From Cyanophora paradoxa CCMP329 (lineage: Eukaryota; Plantae; Glaucophyta), in the NCBI GenBank assembly GCA_004431415.1, contig QPMI01000553.1, positions 124,001 through 188,000 on the forward strand: DNA of 64,000 nucleotides. The letters run 5' to 3'. Numbering within the stretch: position 1 is the first letter of the stretch; each line of letters starts with the position of its first letter. The notes under the pieces were generated by a model. It did no database searches. It saw only the letters and a program-made list of their open reading frames with translations, and was not told where the DNA came from. Below, piece by piece: positions 1-12,331 of this stretch. The position numbers were made by a program, and so were the translations under genes.

Positions 1-397
1 CGCAATCCGGCCCTGGAGGCGGCCGTGCGGTTCTCGTCCATGGTCAAGCCGGGCGGGTGGATAGTCGAGCTCGACTGGTGCCCCGCGTGGGCCGAACAGG
101 TGCCCGCCGCCCCTCCTGACAGCGCGGCCGCCTCCGCCCCTTAGTCCGCCGCCCCGCAGGCGTCGCCCCCCGCGCAGGACCCCGCCTGCGCACACTGTCG
201 CAAGAACGAGGGCAGCAACCGGTGCGGCCCCCGCCGTGCCACCCCGCCCCGGCCCGCCCCCCGACCCGCCGCCGCGCGCCGACGCCGCCGCCGGCCGCAG
301 GATGTGCTCGGCGTGCCTCACGGCCCGATACTGCTCGCGAGACTGCCAGACTCAGGACTGGAAGACCCGCCACAAGTTCCAGTGCAGCCGCAAGTAG
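1..397 (+). CDS. 3' end of an intron-containing gene with a C-terminal MYND-type zinc finger (5' end outside window)
   Basis: Splicing two short GT-AG introns gives CAHCRKNEGSNRMCSACLTARYCSRDCQTQDWKTRHKFQCSRK*, which fits the zf-MYND pattern CxxC...CxxC...YCSxxCQxxDWxxHKxxC. Stop TAG at 395-397. Confidence 0.8.
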
Positions 398-791
398 GCT
401 CAAACCGCTCTATCTGCGCCCTGAGGCTCTGGGTGGAGAGCCCGGCGGCCCTGTATCATTTCTACCGTAGTATCGATCCAGTGTAACTAACTTTACCTCG
501 TCTTCTCTTCGCTTTCACCTGTCCAGGTCTGCCGGGGGCTCGACGTGAGCCCGCCGGCAGCGCAACCTTGTATATTTTGATGCATTTCACTGCTTGTGTT
601 GGGTACTAATACTAGAGCAGTAGCTACGGCTAGTTTCACTATGTATTGCTAGGATAGGTACGCTTATGATCAATTTTGCAGCTGCAGCCAGCAGAGTAGC
701 GCGCAGTACTAGTAGTACTAAGTTAACGTTGCTGTATGCATTTTGAAGTCAATCAAACCGCAGTAAAATTACTATGTTCCTTATCCTAGAA

Positions 792-2701
792 CTAGGAGAC
801 GAGGGACAGGGAGAAGGACTGGGGAGAGGGGCTGGAGAGGAGGCGGAGGAGGGCGCCCGAGGGGAGGGCCCGGCAGGTCCCGGAGACGACGGCGCCGCGG
901 TGCCGGCCCTTGAGCTCCAGCTGGCCCCCGTCGCCCTCCAGCGAGAGCAGGACCTCCACGTCGCCACGCGGCGTGAAGGTGCCCGAAGCCGTGTACCCCC
1001 GCGCCGTGCCGCCCCGCGCCCTGCCGCGCCCGCCTCAGCAGAAAATTCGAGTTCGAAACGCCGAGAACGGCGTACCCGAGGAATCCCTCGCCGCGGACTC
1101 GCCCGAAGTGGAAGAAAAGCTCCAGCGTGACGTCCTGCGGCCGCCCTGCTTTCGCGTCGTTAGCGCCGGGGGTACGCCGTGGCTGGACTCCGGGTCCCGG
1201 GAAGTGGAACCCACGCACCGTCGATGGGGAGGGTGCCATGCCAGAGGCCGGACTTGGGAGGGGCCCCGCCGGCGCCGCTCTGCTGGAGGCCCGAGCTGGG
1301 GCGCGCCTTCTTGTCGGGGCCGAAGCTCGAGCTCGAGCCGAAGTCCCCGAAGCCGAACGAGTACCCGTCCTCGTCCCCCTCCTCCTCCTCCTCCAGGTCC
1401 TGCTTGAACTTGGACTCCTCCTCCTTCCGGGCGCCCAGGCCCGTCCCGAAGAGACCGCCCCCGGCGCTGCCGGGCGCCGCGGCGAAGGCCGGCGCCGCCG
1501 TGATCGGCTTGGGGGGGCGCCCGCCACCAACCATCACCGGTGCTGGCAACTCATCCTCCTCCAGGTCGGCGTAGGCGTAGGCCCCTGGGCGGCCGGCGCC
1601 GAGGTTCGGGGGCGCCGGGGCGGCCGCGGCCCTCAGCTCTGAGAGGACGGCGGCTTCGAGGGAATCGCGGGCGGCCCAGGCGATGTACTGCAGGCCCGAC
1701 AGATGGAACTTGAACTCCTGCGGGATCTGCGGGGGAGATTGATGTTAGATCTGATCTCGGATTTGTATTCGATCCACAGCGCCGGGAGAGGCGCACGTCG
1801 CCAGAGAGCATGACGGGTATGATCGCGAAGCTCTGCTTCTTCTCGCGCTTCTCCGCTGCCGGTGCGGCTCGGATTTGATCTCAAGCGTGAATTTGATCTT
1901 AGGGCGGACCGAAGATGTCGAGCTCAATGGAGCACGGAACCGAGGCGAAGTAGTTGGGCGAGAGGATGCACACGGCGACGCGCGACTCGGAGGCAGCGTG
2001 CGCGATCTGTGCCCGCCAGCCCGCCGACCCAGCGTGGATCTCCTTCACGTCTGCTCGCCCGCCCGGTCGGCCCAGGCCACAGGCTTCTCTCGGTTCAGCG
2101 CTGTGCACCGATCCAAATCTTCCCAGCGAGCGGGCCCTGGGCCAGCTTGTCCACAAGCGGGTGCACCGCGTCCTTGTCCTTCGAGGCGTCTGCGGGACGG
2201 CCCCGTCAGCGCCCAGGAGCGGCGTCCGATCGCCCTGGCAGCTTCAAAAGTGTCACGTATACGTACACGAGATGAACACTTCCTTCGGGCGCCCGTCCCC
2301 AAGTGGCAGGCGTGGGATGCTGTCCGCGGAGCGCTGCCCGCTCTGCGCGAGCACCGCGTGCCCCATCACACCCGAAGGCTGACGAACTGGCGGCTGATAA
2401 GCTGGTAATTGAGTGCCGAGCTTTGCATTCACGGTCGCCGTCAGCGACACAATGGCCCCGTTCACGTTGGCTGGTCGGCGGCGCAACCGTCAGCGCCCCG
2501 CTTCTGACGTCGAGGGGCGTACGAACCTACTTCGCGCTCCAGTCGAGCAAGAGATTGGCGGATCTCGCGAAGCTCTTCAGCAGCGTCCGGAGGATTGGCT
2601 CCGTAAATCGTCTGATCCAAACCGCGGCTGTGGGCCCCTGGCGGCGCCGCTGGCCGCGTCTGCGCTGTCTGCACGACAGGGGCGCTTTCACTCGCGCCCA
2701 T
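792..2701 (-). CDS. TIR-domain (TIR_2-like) protein with N-terminal myristoylation-like motif, short coiled coil, acidic linker and beta-rich C-terminal domain
   Basis: Spliced exons read MGASES...EELREIRQSLARLERE...KEVFISYASKDKDAVHPLVDKLAQGPLAGKIWIDVKEIHAGSAGWRAQIAHAASESRVAVCILSPNYFASVPCSIELDIFAEKREKKQSFAIIPVML...LSGLQYI. These contain the TIR motifs VFISY, WID, SPNY.S..C..EL and IIPV. Confidence 0.8.
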
Positions 2702-2814
2702 CTAGATGTGGAGATGTAAAGATCTGTCGCAGTTCCGTCCCTCCGACGTCGACTGCGAACCAGCTACAGTGTCGTATACCCAGGCCTAGGCCCGGGGCGT
2801 TAGCAACTCGGCAA

Positions 2815-2831
2815 GCTCATGATCAGCGGCT
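2815..2831 (-). promoter_or_regulatory. Candidate promoter element AGCCGCTGATCATGAGC (copy 1), upstream of the TIR gene
   Basis: Exact 17-bp match to 39575-39591, in the same orientation relative to its gene, 113 nt upstream of the ATG at 2701. Confidence 0.45.
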
Positions 2832-2936
2832 TGGATCTGAAAAGTCTCGTGCCGAGACGCCTTACTCTCTATAGCTAAGAGCTAGCTGCCCCACCCCGCC
2901 AAACTGTACACTAAGGAAACGGACGCTGACGGCGCG

Positions 2937-5917
2937 CTACCGCCGCGCCTGCTTGGCCCCGCCGCGGCCGCCAAAGAACTCGACCAGAGAGCGTGAGCCG
3001 GCGGGGGCCTTCGAATTCCTCGCCCGCCCCGCCGGGCCGGGGCCGGGGGGCGGCTGCGGCGCCGGCCGGGGCCGCCCGGGGCCCGTCGGTGCCGGCGGCT
3101 GCGCGGGTGGCGGGGGCGGGGCGATCCCGAGGCACGCGTCGACATGGCGGTTCACGGCGGCGAGGTCCGCGGCCGCGGGGAGCGCCGCCCCGCACACGGG
3201 GCAGCGGGCCGTACCCCCGCCCCGCCCCGCCCCCGCCCCGCCCCCGCCCCGCCTCCTCCCCGTCCTCGTCGTCGTCGTCGCTGGAGATGCAGACGACGTC
3301 TCCGCAGCCGCCCTCCTCGCCGCCCTCGCCGCCCGCCTCGCCCTCGAGCTCGCCCTCGTCTGAGACCAGGTCCTCTACCAGGACCCGCGGCCGGCCCCGC
3401 GCCGTGGCTCCGCCAGGCCCGCCCGCCGCCAGCCAGCGATCCAGCGCGCTCTGCCGCCGCGGCTGCTGCTGCTGCTGCTGCGGCTGCTGCTGGCCCGCGG
3501 GGGGCGCTGGGGATCGAGAGCTGCAGCTGGGTTCGGGCCCGGGCGCCGGCGGCGCGGGGGCCGGCGCCAGGGCCGGGGAGGTGCAACTAGGGCCGGCGGC
3601 GGGCTCCCTCGGGGCCTCCGAGGCCGCCCCGAGGAATGCCCGGAGGGTCCGCTGCCCGCCCTCCAACACCTCCGGCACCTCTTCCTCCTCCTCCTGCGCG
3701 GCCCCTGAGCTCTCTCGTTGATTCGGCCCGAGGGGTACGGCACCGAGCGGATGCCGCCGACGCGGACGCCCAACAGGCGGAGCGTGCGGGGTAGGAGGCC
3801 GTTCAGGAGCGAGAGGGCGGCCGCGGAGACCTCTTCTGGGTCCCGCGTCGCCCTCGGGAGGCTGTGCGCCCTCGTGAGGACCTGGCGGCGCGCCCCGGTC
3901 GGTCAGTCAGCCAGTTTACCGGCCGGCGCGTCCGATAACTAAGTGAGCTTCGTTGTCCTGGCCACCTCCCCCCGCACCTGGAAGGCCGCCGTCTTCGCCT
4001 TGACTGTCACCGTCTTCCCCTGTGGCCGGGCGCGCGCGAGGCCGTCGGCGGGCCGACGACGGCAGCGGGGGGGAACGAAAGGGGGGTACGAGGAGGCGGC
4101 GGTCTCGGAGCTCGTCGCAGACGGCGCGCGCGAACTCGTCCGCCATCGCCCGCAGGCGCCCCGCGTCACCCGTGTCCCCGAACGTCCGCTCGTGGCTGCG
4201 GCCCGTCTGAGCCTTCCCTCACCTGAGCGTCGTCGGATCCGACCGCACCTGACGCTCTTGGGGAGCTCGTCGCCGGCGGGGAGCGTCTCCCCCACGAGGC
4301 CGGAGCCGCCGATGCCGAGGGCGGCGCGGAGGAAGAACTCCAGTGAACAGGGCGAGAAGAGGCGGGAGAGCAGCGGGGCCTGCTCCAGGAGCTGGGGGAC
4401 CCGGGAGACGCCCAGCCCGCCCAGCACCCGCTCCGAGACCTTCCCGATGCCGGGGATCTGCGCCCCACGGATCAAATCTATCGCGGATCAAATCTGTCTC
4501 GAGCGCGCGCGCTCGCCTTGCGGACGGGGAGGCCGGCCATGAACTCGAGGATCTTCTCGCGGACGGGCGGCAGCGCGCTCTGCCCGTTCGGCTTGCGGAG
4601 GTCCGCCTGGAGCTTGGCCAGCATGCGGTTCGGGGCGATCCCCGCGCTGCACGTCAGGCCCGTCCGCCTGCGATCCGGGCCGCCCCGTTGAGCGGAAGGC
4701 GGGCCCCGCCCCGCCCTGCCCCGCCCCGCCAGGCCCAGCGCACTCGAAGACCTCCCGACGCAGCTGCGCGGCGACCTCGCCCGCTGCGGACGCGCGCGGG
4801 GCTCTCAGCGGCAGCGAAGGCGAGGGCCGGAGGGCGGGGCCCCACCGGAGAGGTGCGGGTTCCGCGCGAGGTGCTCCGTGACGTCAATGTACGCCTCGTC
4901 CAGCGACACGGGCTGCGCGGGCGCCCGTCGAGGTTCGGAGGCCGGGCGCAGGCGCGCCAAGGTGGAATTTGATCGGGCGCCGGCGCGCCTCGATGGGCCC
5001 GTAGCGGGCGAAGATTTCCCGCGTCTGCGCCGAGACCTCCCCGTACCGCTCGAAGCGCGGCGGGACGATGACCTGCGGGAACATTCAATCCCGTGGAGTG
5101 GAGATGTGGCACGGGCACGGCGCCGGGCACCAGCTCGGGGCAGAGCTTGCGCCCGATGAAGCCCGGCATGGCCGCCCGCACGCCGTACTTCCGCGCCTCG
5201 TAGTTCGTCGTAGAGAGCATGCTGTTCCCACCGACCTGAGGCGGTTCAAGGAGCGCTAACGAGCGCGGCCGGCAAGATTAAGCCGCGAGAGCTCACGCCG
5301 AGCGGGACGTTAGCGAGTGATGGGTTATCTGGCGGGCGGCCCGGGGCCCGTGAGCCTGGGCAGTCGGGACGAGGACGCCGCACGCACCGTGAATCTCCAC
5401 CGCCGCGTAAAACATGTCCATCTAAGGGGCAGAGAATCCTTTAGAGGCGCCAAGGAGAGGCCCGGAGCAGCGCACATCTACGAGGACCCAAGTTCGGCTC
5501 AGGTCACGGCAAGCCTCGAGCTCGGCGATGCGGCGGTCGACTGCTTCCTTCGCGGCCCGTTGCCAAGACGGGTCCGCAACGAGCGCTCGGGTCTGCCGCT
5601 GCATCTCCTCGACACGGGCCTGCACCTTTGCGAGCTTGCGCTGCTCATTCAGGAAGAACTTCGAGCCCTTGCTCGCTTCGTCTGCGCGCTCGGCGATCAG
5701 CTCGGAGCTCTGCAAGCCGCTCAGCGCTCGGGCGAGCGCTCCCCCCTAGCTGCGGCTGCTGTGGGCGCCTTACGCGCTCCAGCGACAGAGCGCGACAGGA
5801 AAAAGCTCCTGCCGGGACATGGGGCGCGTGGCGCGCTCACAAATGAGGCGGTCGACCTTCTCCTTGTCGACGCTCTGCATGCCAGCCTTCGAGGTGTCCA
5901 GGCTGTACATCTTCGGT

Positions 5918-5951
<34 letters not shown>

Positions 5952-5979
5952 CCGGGGGCCCGCCCGAAGGCGCCGCCAT
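2937..5979 (-). CDS. POLK: DNA polymerase kappa (DinB/Y-family translesion polymerase), multi-exon
   Basis: N-clasp KAGMQSVDKEKV...EASKGSKFF; catalytic motifs VDMDMFYAAVE, STTNYEARKYGVRAAMPGFIGRKLCPEL and SLDEAYIDVT; IPGIGKVSE; C-terminal UBZ finger (C..C...VNRHVDACL) and PIP-like SLVEFF. Confidence 0.93.
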
Positions 5980-6081
5980 TGACGAGTACCCCCCAGCTCG
6001 TTCCCCCCGAGCTTCTCAGTACCCCAAGCCCCGCGTTCAATCGCAAACTTTCTCGTCTAGGCCTCAGGCAGGGACACAGCC

Positions 6082-6744
6082 ATGGTGAGTCGTCGCGGAA
6101 TTGCCGTGAAAGACCTCTCCTCGTCTTTCGGCCCCCGTTTTGCTGCCGTTCTCGATTTTGACCCGTTTGAATTCTTCGCAGTCGGACACCGCGGGCAAGT
6201 CGGACAAGAAGCAGGCGAAGAAGCCCGTCTCCCGGTCGCAGCGTGCCGGTCTCCAGGTTTGCAGCCCTCGCCCAGGCCTCTATCTTAAATTCCGACGACC
6301 TCGGGGTTCCCGCGACTTCGGGGTCGATGACCCGAAGTCGCGGGCGGCGATCCTTCAAGCTTTCTTTGGCTTATACGTGTTGCGTTCTCCGCTACGCAGT
6401 TCCCCGTCGGTCGTATTCACCGTCTCCTGAAGTCGCGTGTCAGTGCCCACGGGCGTGTCGGCGCCACGGCCGCCGTCTACAGCGCTGCCATCCTGGAGTA
6501 CCTCTGTGCTGAGGTTCTGGAGCTCGCTGGTAACGCCTCGAAGGATCTGAAGGTGAAGCGTATCACTCCCCGGCATCTTCAGCTCGCCATTCGTGGTGAT
6601 GAGGAGCTGGACACCCTGATCAAGGCCACCATCGCTGGTGGTGGTGTCATTCCGCACATCCACAAGTCCCTCATCAGCAAGCAGGGCGGCGTTGCGCCCG
6701 GCGGCAAGCCCGGCAAGGAGGGCCCCGGCGGCGCGCCGGCGTAA
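6082..6744 (+). CDS. H2A.Z: Histone H2A.Z variant (3 exons, first intron directly after the ATG)
   Basis: [100 protein letters not shown] is the H2A.Z-specific signature. Confidence 0.97.
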
Positions 6745-7470
6745 ACTCTTGCTCCCGCGCAGCCCCCTTCCCCTGCTCTTCCTCCTTCTTCCTCGCGTAT
6801 CCCGTGTACATCGCCATCTTCCCTCGTCGTTCCCTCAGCCCTCAGCCATAGGTTGTCCGATATTCAAATCTGATAGGCGTTTGCGTTCTCGGCGGTACAT
6901 CGTCCTCATCTTCCCTTCGTCCGTATCAGGTTTCGAAGCTCTTTCATGTCGTTCGCGGCAGCTAGTGCTCCATTCTTATGCGGATTTCCTTTTGACCGGT
7001 CCTCCAGCTAATCCCGTCCTTCCCTCTCTTCTAAGATGTCACGTCTTGACGCGTTACCCTTAGCTTGAGTGATGTAGCGTGCAAGAATCGAGAACCAATC
7101 TTTTCACAGGCGCCCGATCGTCCCCGTGCCGCCCGCTGCTGTGCCATTCTCGCTTGGGGCCCGCCCTCGCCTCCCGCGTAGGGGCGGGATCAGATGGATT
7201 CGTATCTTTAGCTACTCATGCGCAGAAGATGAGAGAACTGCATGGACTGGGCCGGCCCTTCGCAGTATTCGCACAGCTAAAGTTGCACAACGGCAGTGGA
7301 CGTCCATACGCGCGTCAATTTGTCGCGTGCAGCTGCTCCGCGCACGCATTTGGGGCATTTGAGAGCGTAGTAAGTGAAAGCGAGCGGCGTCCTTGCGCCA
7401 GGACCGAGAGCGAGCCCCCCAAAATTCAAATTTTTCAGGGGTATATCCCTGGCAAAAAGGGAGGCCGTCG

Positions 7471-10142
7471 ATGCGGCGGTACGGCTCGGCGAAGCCGCCT
7501 GTGCGAGAGGAATCTAATGATGACGCGCTCTTTGACGCCCTGATCGCGGAAGAGGGACCCGTTGCCCCGCCGTCGACGGCGGCTTCCAACGTCGCCCCGC
7601 GTCGCCCAGCCGAGCGCCAGGGGGGATCGAAGGCATCGAGGGGCAAGATCGTAGCGAAAGAGCCTGAAAGCGCGTCGGACGACGATGCGAGCGCCTTCCC
7701 GGATTCGCAGGTCCCTCGCCCTCGCGCGCGCACGCGCAATATCGATCTCACGTTCTTTCGAACGCACAGGAAGCGCTCGCGGTGGACTTCAAGAGCGCCG
7801 TGAGGACGCGCGTCGCGCCGAAGTCTGCAGCAGCGCCTGCCCCGGCTCCCGCCTCACAGCCGCAGCCCGACCAGCCCGTGAGAACGTACGCGCGACGAGT
7901 ACGCCAGTCAGCGTCAGCGCCGGCACAGCAGTCGGCTCCGCCGAGCTCGAGCGCCCGGATCCTGCCCGCGAGCGCCCCAAAGCCCAGCGCGCCCCCCGCA
8001 GCTGCAGCGCAGGATCCCTCCGCGGCACCGCCGGCCGCCGAGCCGCTCGCCAAAGCGTCCTCGGCGCCCAAGCGCCTCCGCGTCTGGAACGGGCAGGACG
8101 CCCCCGCAACGCGGCACAGCATCGGGACGAACCGCGAGTTCGGCGGGAGCCGCGCCGACCTGGACGACCTGCAGTACCAGATCGACGGCTGCGGGCCTTC
8201 TTCGTCCATCGCAGTCCGGAAAACCTCGTGCGCGCCTTTCCTGCAGCTGCCCGCGGGCGGGCGGGCCGATCCGGGCGCTTGCGCTTCTGGCAGGATGCAC
8301 GCTGTGCTGGAGCAGGCCGCGTCCGCCGAGACGCGCCTCCTCATGCGGGCGCACGGGCTCACCGCGAACCTGCTGGCCGCCCTGCAGGGCGCGGAGTCCG
8401 ACCCCGTTCGCCCCGTCTCCTTCTCTCCCGCCTCTCTGCTCACGGGCGCGCGTGCGGGGCAGGAGCTGCAGCTGCTTGCGCTTGCCCTCCGGTACCTCTG
8501 CGTGGCCGACAAGTCCGATCTCGAGGCCTTCGACTCGGGAGCCGTCGCGGCCCTCGTTTCCGCCCTCCCCCCCTCGGGCTCCTGGGACGCGCCCTCCCCG
8601 CCCCCGGCCCTCGTACGCCCCTCGCCGCGCGGCTCTTCTCTACCGCTGTTTCTCACTCGCTGTCGCCCGCCAGGCTGAGCCTGTGGAGCGGGTCCTCGCC
8701 TCGTGCGGCGGGGCGGACGAGGAGGGCGCGCCGGCCGCCTCCTGCCCCGCCCTCGCCCTCCGCACCCTCACCCTCCTCGCGGAAAGCTCTCCGGTGCGCC
8801 CCCGCCCTTCCCGCGCCCGTATGGGCCGTCTTCTTACTCGCCGCCGCAGGCCGCGCGGGAGGAGCTGGTGCGGGGCGGCGGCCTTGCCTCGGTCTTCTCC
8901 CTTCTCGAGGCCGCCGCCGCCGCCCTCGGCCCCGCTCCCGTGCGCCCGCCCGCTCTCGAGAACCCTTCGGCTCTCTCTTACAGCTTCGCTGAGCCGCGAT
9001 TGTCCGCACAGGAGCCGGGGCCGTCCGGCGCGGCCCGGCAAGGGCGCAAGCAGGCGGGCAAGGGCCGCAAGGGGGCGGCCCGCTCCGAGTCCCCGGTCTC
9101 GTCCCAAGGGCAGAGGCGCCCCGCCGGCCGCGCGCCCTCCGCGGGCGCTTCGGGAGACGAGGACCGGGCGGGCGGCGGCGGCGGAGGAGGAGGAGGAGGG
9201 CGGGGACCCGTCCTCAGGCGCCTGCGGGAGACTATGGCTCTGGCCGAGCGTGTGACGGGCCAGGGCTCATGGCGATCGAACGAGGCCGGCGGAGCCGCCC
9301 CCGGGCCTCTCCCCGCCCTCCTCTCCGTCCTCCGGACCTTTCCGGGTACGTCGTCCCACCCTCCCGCCTACGGCCGCCCTCCGACCGCCCGGCAGACGAC
9401 GCGGAGCTCCGCGTCTCGTGCCTGGGCCTGCTCCTCAACCTGACCAACGGCTGCGCGCCCGCCGCGGAGCTCCTGGCGGCCTTGGGAGGCCTCGAGGTCG
9501 CCCTGCGGGCCGCGCTGGGGCCCGGCGGGGCCGGCGCCGCCCCCGCGCCCTACGACGCGCGCCTCCGGGCCCTGGGGCTCCTCACGAACGTCCTGGAGCA
9601 GCACCCGCCCTCCCGCGCCGCCCTCGCCGCCGCCCGTGCGCCCCGCCCGCCCGCCCGTAGCCCCCGCGCCGGCGCCGGTCCAACGCGGGCGCGCGCAGCG
9701 TTCGAGGCGTGCACGGCGGGCGAGGCCCTCGCGCGCCGCTTCGTCGAGCTGGCCGTACCCCGCGCCGACTCGGAGGACTCGGACGTGCGTACCCCGCCGA
9801 GCCCTCTCCTCGCTTTGACGTGTACACGGCCGCGCGCAGGAGAGGATCGAGGCGGGGGTCGAGGGCGCCTACTGCGGGCTGGCCCTCTCGTGGCTCCTGC
9901 GCGACGGCGAGGGCGGCGCCGGCGGCAGCTGCAGTACTAGTTCGGGGGGGCGCGGGGCGTGCGAGCGGCTGCTCCCGCTGCTGCCGGGGGGCACGGCGGC
10001 CGCGCTGCGGTCCGTCCTGCGCGGCTTCAGCGAGCTGCACGAGGGCGAGCGCTGGCTCTCGGCCGAGGGGCGCCTCTCCCTCCGGGGCACCCTCGAGGCG
10101 CTCGCCCGCATCGACGCCGCCCGCGCCGCGCTCTCCCCGTAG
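7471..10142 (+). CDS. WAPL: WAPL (wings apart-like) cohesin release factor, multi-exon
   Basis: Disordered N-terminus with YSR-like motif VRTYARR, then EFGG..ADLDDLQYQIDG...VRKTS and ETRLLMRAHGL (cf. the WAPL domain start EFGE..DD..Y...R.HG). Later helical repeats CLGLLLNLTN and LGLLTNVLE. Confidence 0.75.
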
Positions 10143-10274
10143 GCCGTAGATGTAGAGACGACAAATATCGATCGAATTCAGAACGAAGTTCGATCAAATT
10201 TAAAGCGAACGCAATTGCAAGCGGGGGGGAGCAAGTCAGGGGTACAGACGCGCAGCACTGCACCAGTCCTTGAC

Positions 10275-11683
10275 ATGTCGGCGTCCTTCATTTCCGCCGC
10301 TCCGGCCGTGCTCGACCGCACCGAACGGGTTTCGGGCCTCCGGCGTCTGCGAGTATGCCGCGAGCCGCACCGGTCGGATCACGTGCAGAAAAACGTGTGC
10401 GTGGCGGCCGCGTCCCAGCGCCCTGAACCGTCGGAACGGCCCGATCGTGGTACGTCAGCGTTCGGTAGCGGCGTGCGTTCCCGCCCGTGCGTCCCGGCTA
10501 ACCGCCACCGCAGTTTTCGAGTGCTCTCCGGCGGGAAGGCGGAAGCTGCTTGGTGATGCGTTTGCGGCAGCTGCCATGGCGGTCCTGGCGCCGCTGGCGG
10601 CCCCTCGCGAAGCGTTCGCGGAGGAGGATGACCTCGTGCAGCGCCTCGTGCCGATTCTCCAGGCGGCCAAGATCGGTGGGCGTCCTGCTTCTGGGAGTCC
10701 CTCGCAATGCTTAACTCGCTCCTCGACAGTCGGCCAGATCCCCGCTGAGATCGAAGCCGAGGTGCGCCGACTCACGCCCCCGCGTGCCCACGCGCACGCC
10801 CGCTGACCTGCCGGACGCCCAGAACTGGGACGGTATCCGCAACATGGTAAGCGGTCGACGAATTCGGATCCCGACCGCCGGTTCTCACGAGGGACCGCCC
10901 CCGCAGGTCTTCAAGCCTCCCGTGGGGCTGCTGAAGACCACCTGGCCGCTCGCCGCGAAGGCTCTCGGCGGGGTGCGCCGCTGCGATCCGGACGGGCTCG
11001 CCGCGCGCGCCGCGCCGCGCCGCGCGCCGACGCCCGCGGCCGCAGGACGACGAGATGGACGCGCTCGAGGAGCTCTACGACATCCTCGAGAAGTGCGCCC
11101 GCAGCTTAAGCGCTCCATTCTATTCCATTCCAAAGCTTAGGACCGCTGCGACGAGCCGCGCGGCCCGGCGCTTCGTTCCGAAAGTTCCGGCAGCTGACGC
11201 GCGCCCCGCGCCCCGCAGCCTCCGTAACGTCGACATCAACGTTTATACCGTCATCTTCATCCCCAGCGCCGACTACCAAGTCAAGTGCGCCCGGCCCGGC
11301 CCGCGCTCCTACTCCTGCCGGTCCAGCGGATGACACGGGGGGGGGGCCACAGGTACATCAAATTTGCCATGGAATCCTACGAGAAGACGCAGCAGAACCT
11401 GAACAACTTCTTCGAGGTGCGCGATCATTCGGCCTGGCCTGCCCGCTTCGAACGCCCTCCACTCCGAGAGCTCTCTCTGACTTGGTGGCGCGTGTTCTAC
11501 CGCTAGATTGTGGAGCGCAACCACGCGGACGAGCTCAAGCGCGCCCGGGAGATTGCCGAGAAGACTCCCATCGGTGAGTGATCGCTGACTGCTGACTGCT
11601 GCCCCCGCGCGCCCGCTGCTGACTGCGGGTTTCCGGCTGCAGACCAGAGCTTCTTCGGCAAGCCCGGCAAGCCCGGCAAGTAG
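10275..11683 (+). CDS. Putative plastid thylakoid-lumen protein (transit peptide plus twin-arginine signal); helical, possibly PsbQ-like fold
   Basis: N-terminus MSASFISAAPA, then RRKLL-hydrophobic stretch-AFA|EEDD (Tat signal with AxA cleavage site). Small exons give NWDGIRNM, VFKPPVGLLK, MDALEELYDILE, ending FFGKPGKPGK*. Confidence 0.6.
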
Positions 11684-12040
11684 GCCGCCGCTCTCGGCGC
11701 CCCCCTTCGATTTCTGCCGCTTGCACTCGCTCCTTCCTCTCCTGCCGCCTTCGCATGGGTTCTGCCCGGCCGCCATTCCGCCCACTGGGCCCGCCAGGCC
11801 TGGCGTTTCTGCGCCCCTCGATCCTGTTCTTTGGAAGCCCCGCGGGGTCTTTTTTCAGAGTCTCAAGCTTAGTGTGCTCCTTGCTTTGTTTCGCTTTAGA
11901 TTGTCGCAGTTTTGCATGTAATGTAAATCAAATTGAGCTTCATTATCCTTTGGCTATAGCTAATGCGCCCGTACTACTGAAGGCCTAGGCCGGCCTTCCG
12001 GCCCGTACTACGCGCTCGCTTCCGAAGTCCAGCTGCAGAC

Positions 12041-12058
12041 GCCTGCGCATGCGCAGGC
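12041..12058. promoter_or_regulatory. Perfect 18-bp palindrome GCCTGCGCATGCGCAGGC upstream of HIRA
   Basis: Read directly from the sequence. The same core recurs at 33761-33776 (GATGCGCATGCGCATC) and partly near 19035, 34452 and 34620, all non-coding. Confidence 0.35.
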
Positions 12059-12331
12059 CTGCCGCATGCGCAGCCGCCGCGGCCGGGCCGCCGGCCCGCC
12101 GGGCCGCGGGTCCTGATCCGCGCACGCGTGCAGAGCCGGCGCCCGGCGGCCAGCAGCGGGCGACTGCAGCTTTCGACACAGCGCCAGGCGCTTTTCCTTA
12201 AGTTTGCGACGCTCTTCAACTTCGACGCTGCCAAGTTGACGAGTTTGCGAACAAGCGCGCAGCCCAGCAAGGCGTTTGCACTTGTACCCCCTCGGCTGTG
12301 CGCGGGAACGTGCAGTTGAGCTCGGGGCGCC

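Noticed and set aside
7060-7300. Possible structured ncRNA/snoRNA between H2A.Z and WAPL (8-bp inverted repeat CTTTAGCT/AGCTAAAG)
   Set aside because: No convincing C/D or H/ACA boxes and no tRNA cloverleaf; it cannot be supported without a covariance search.
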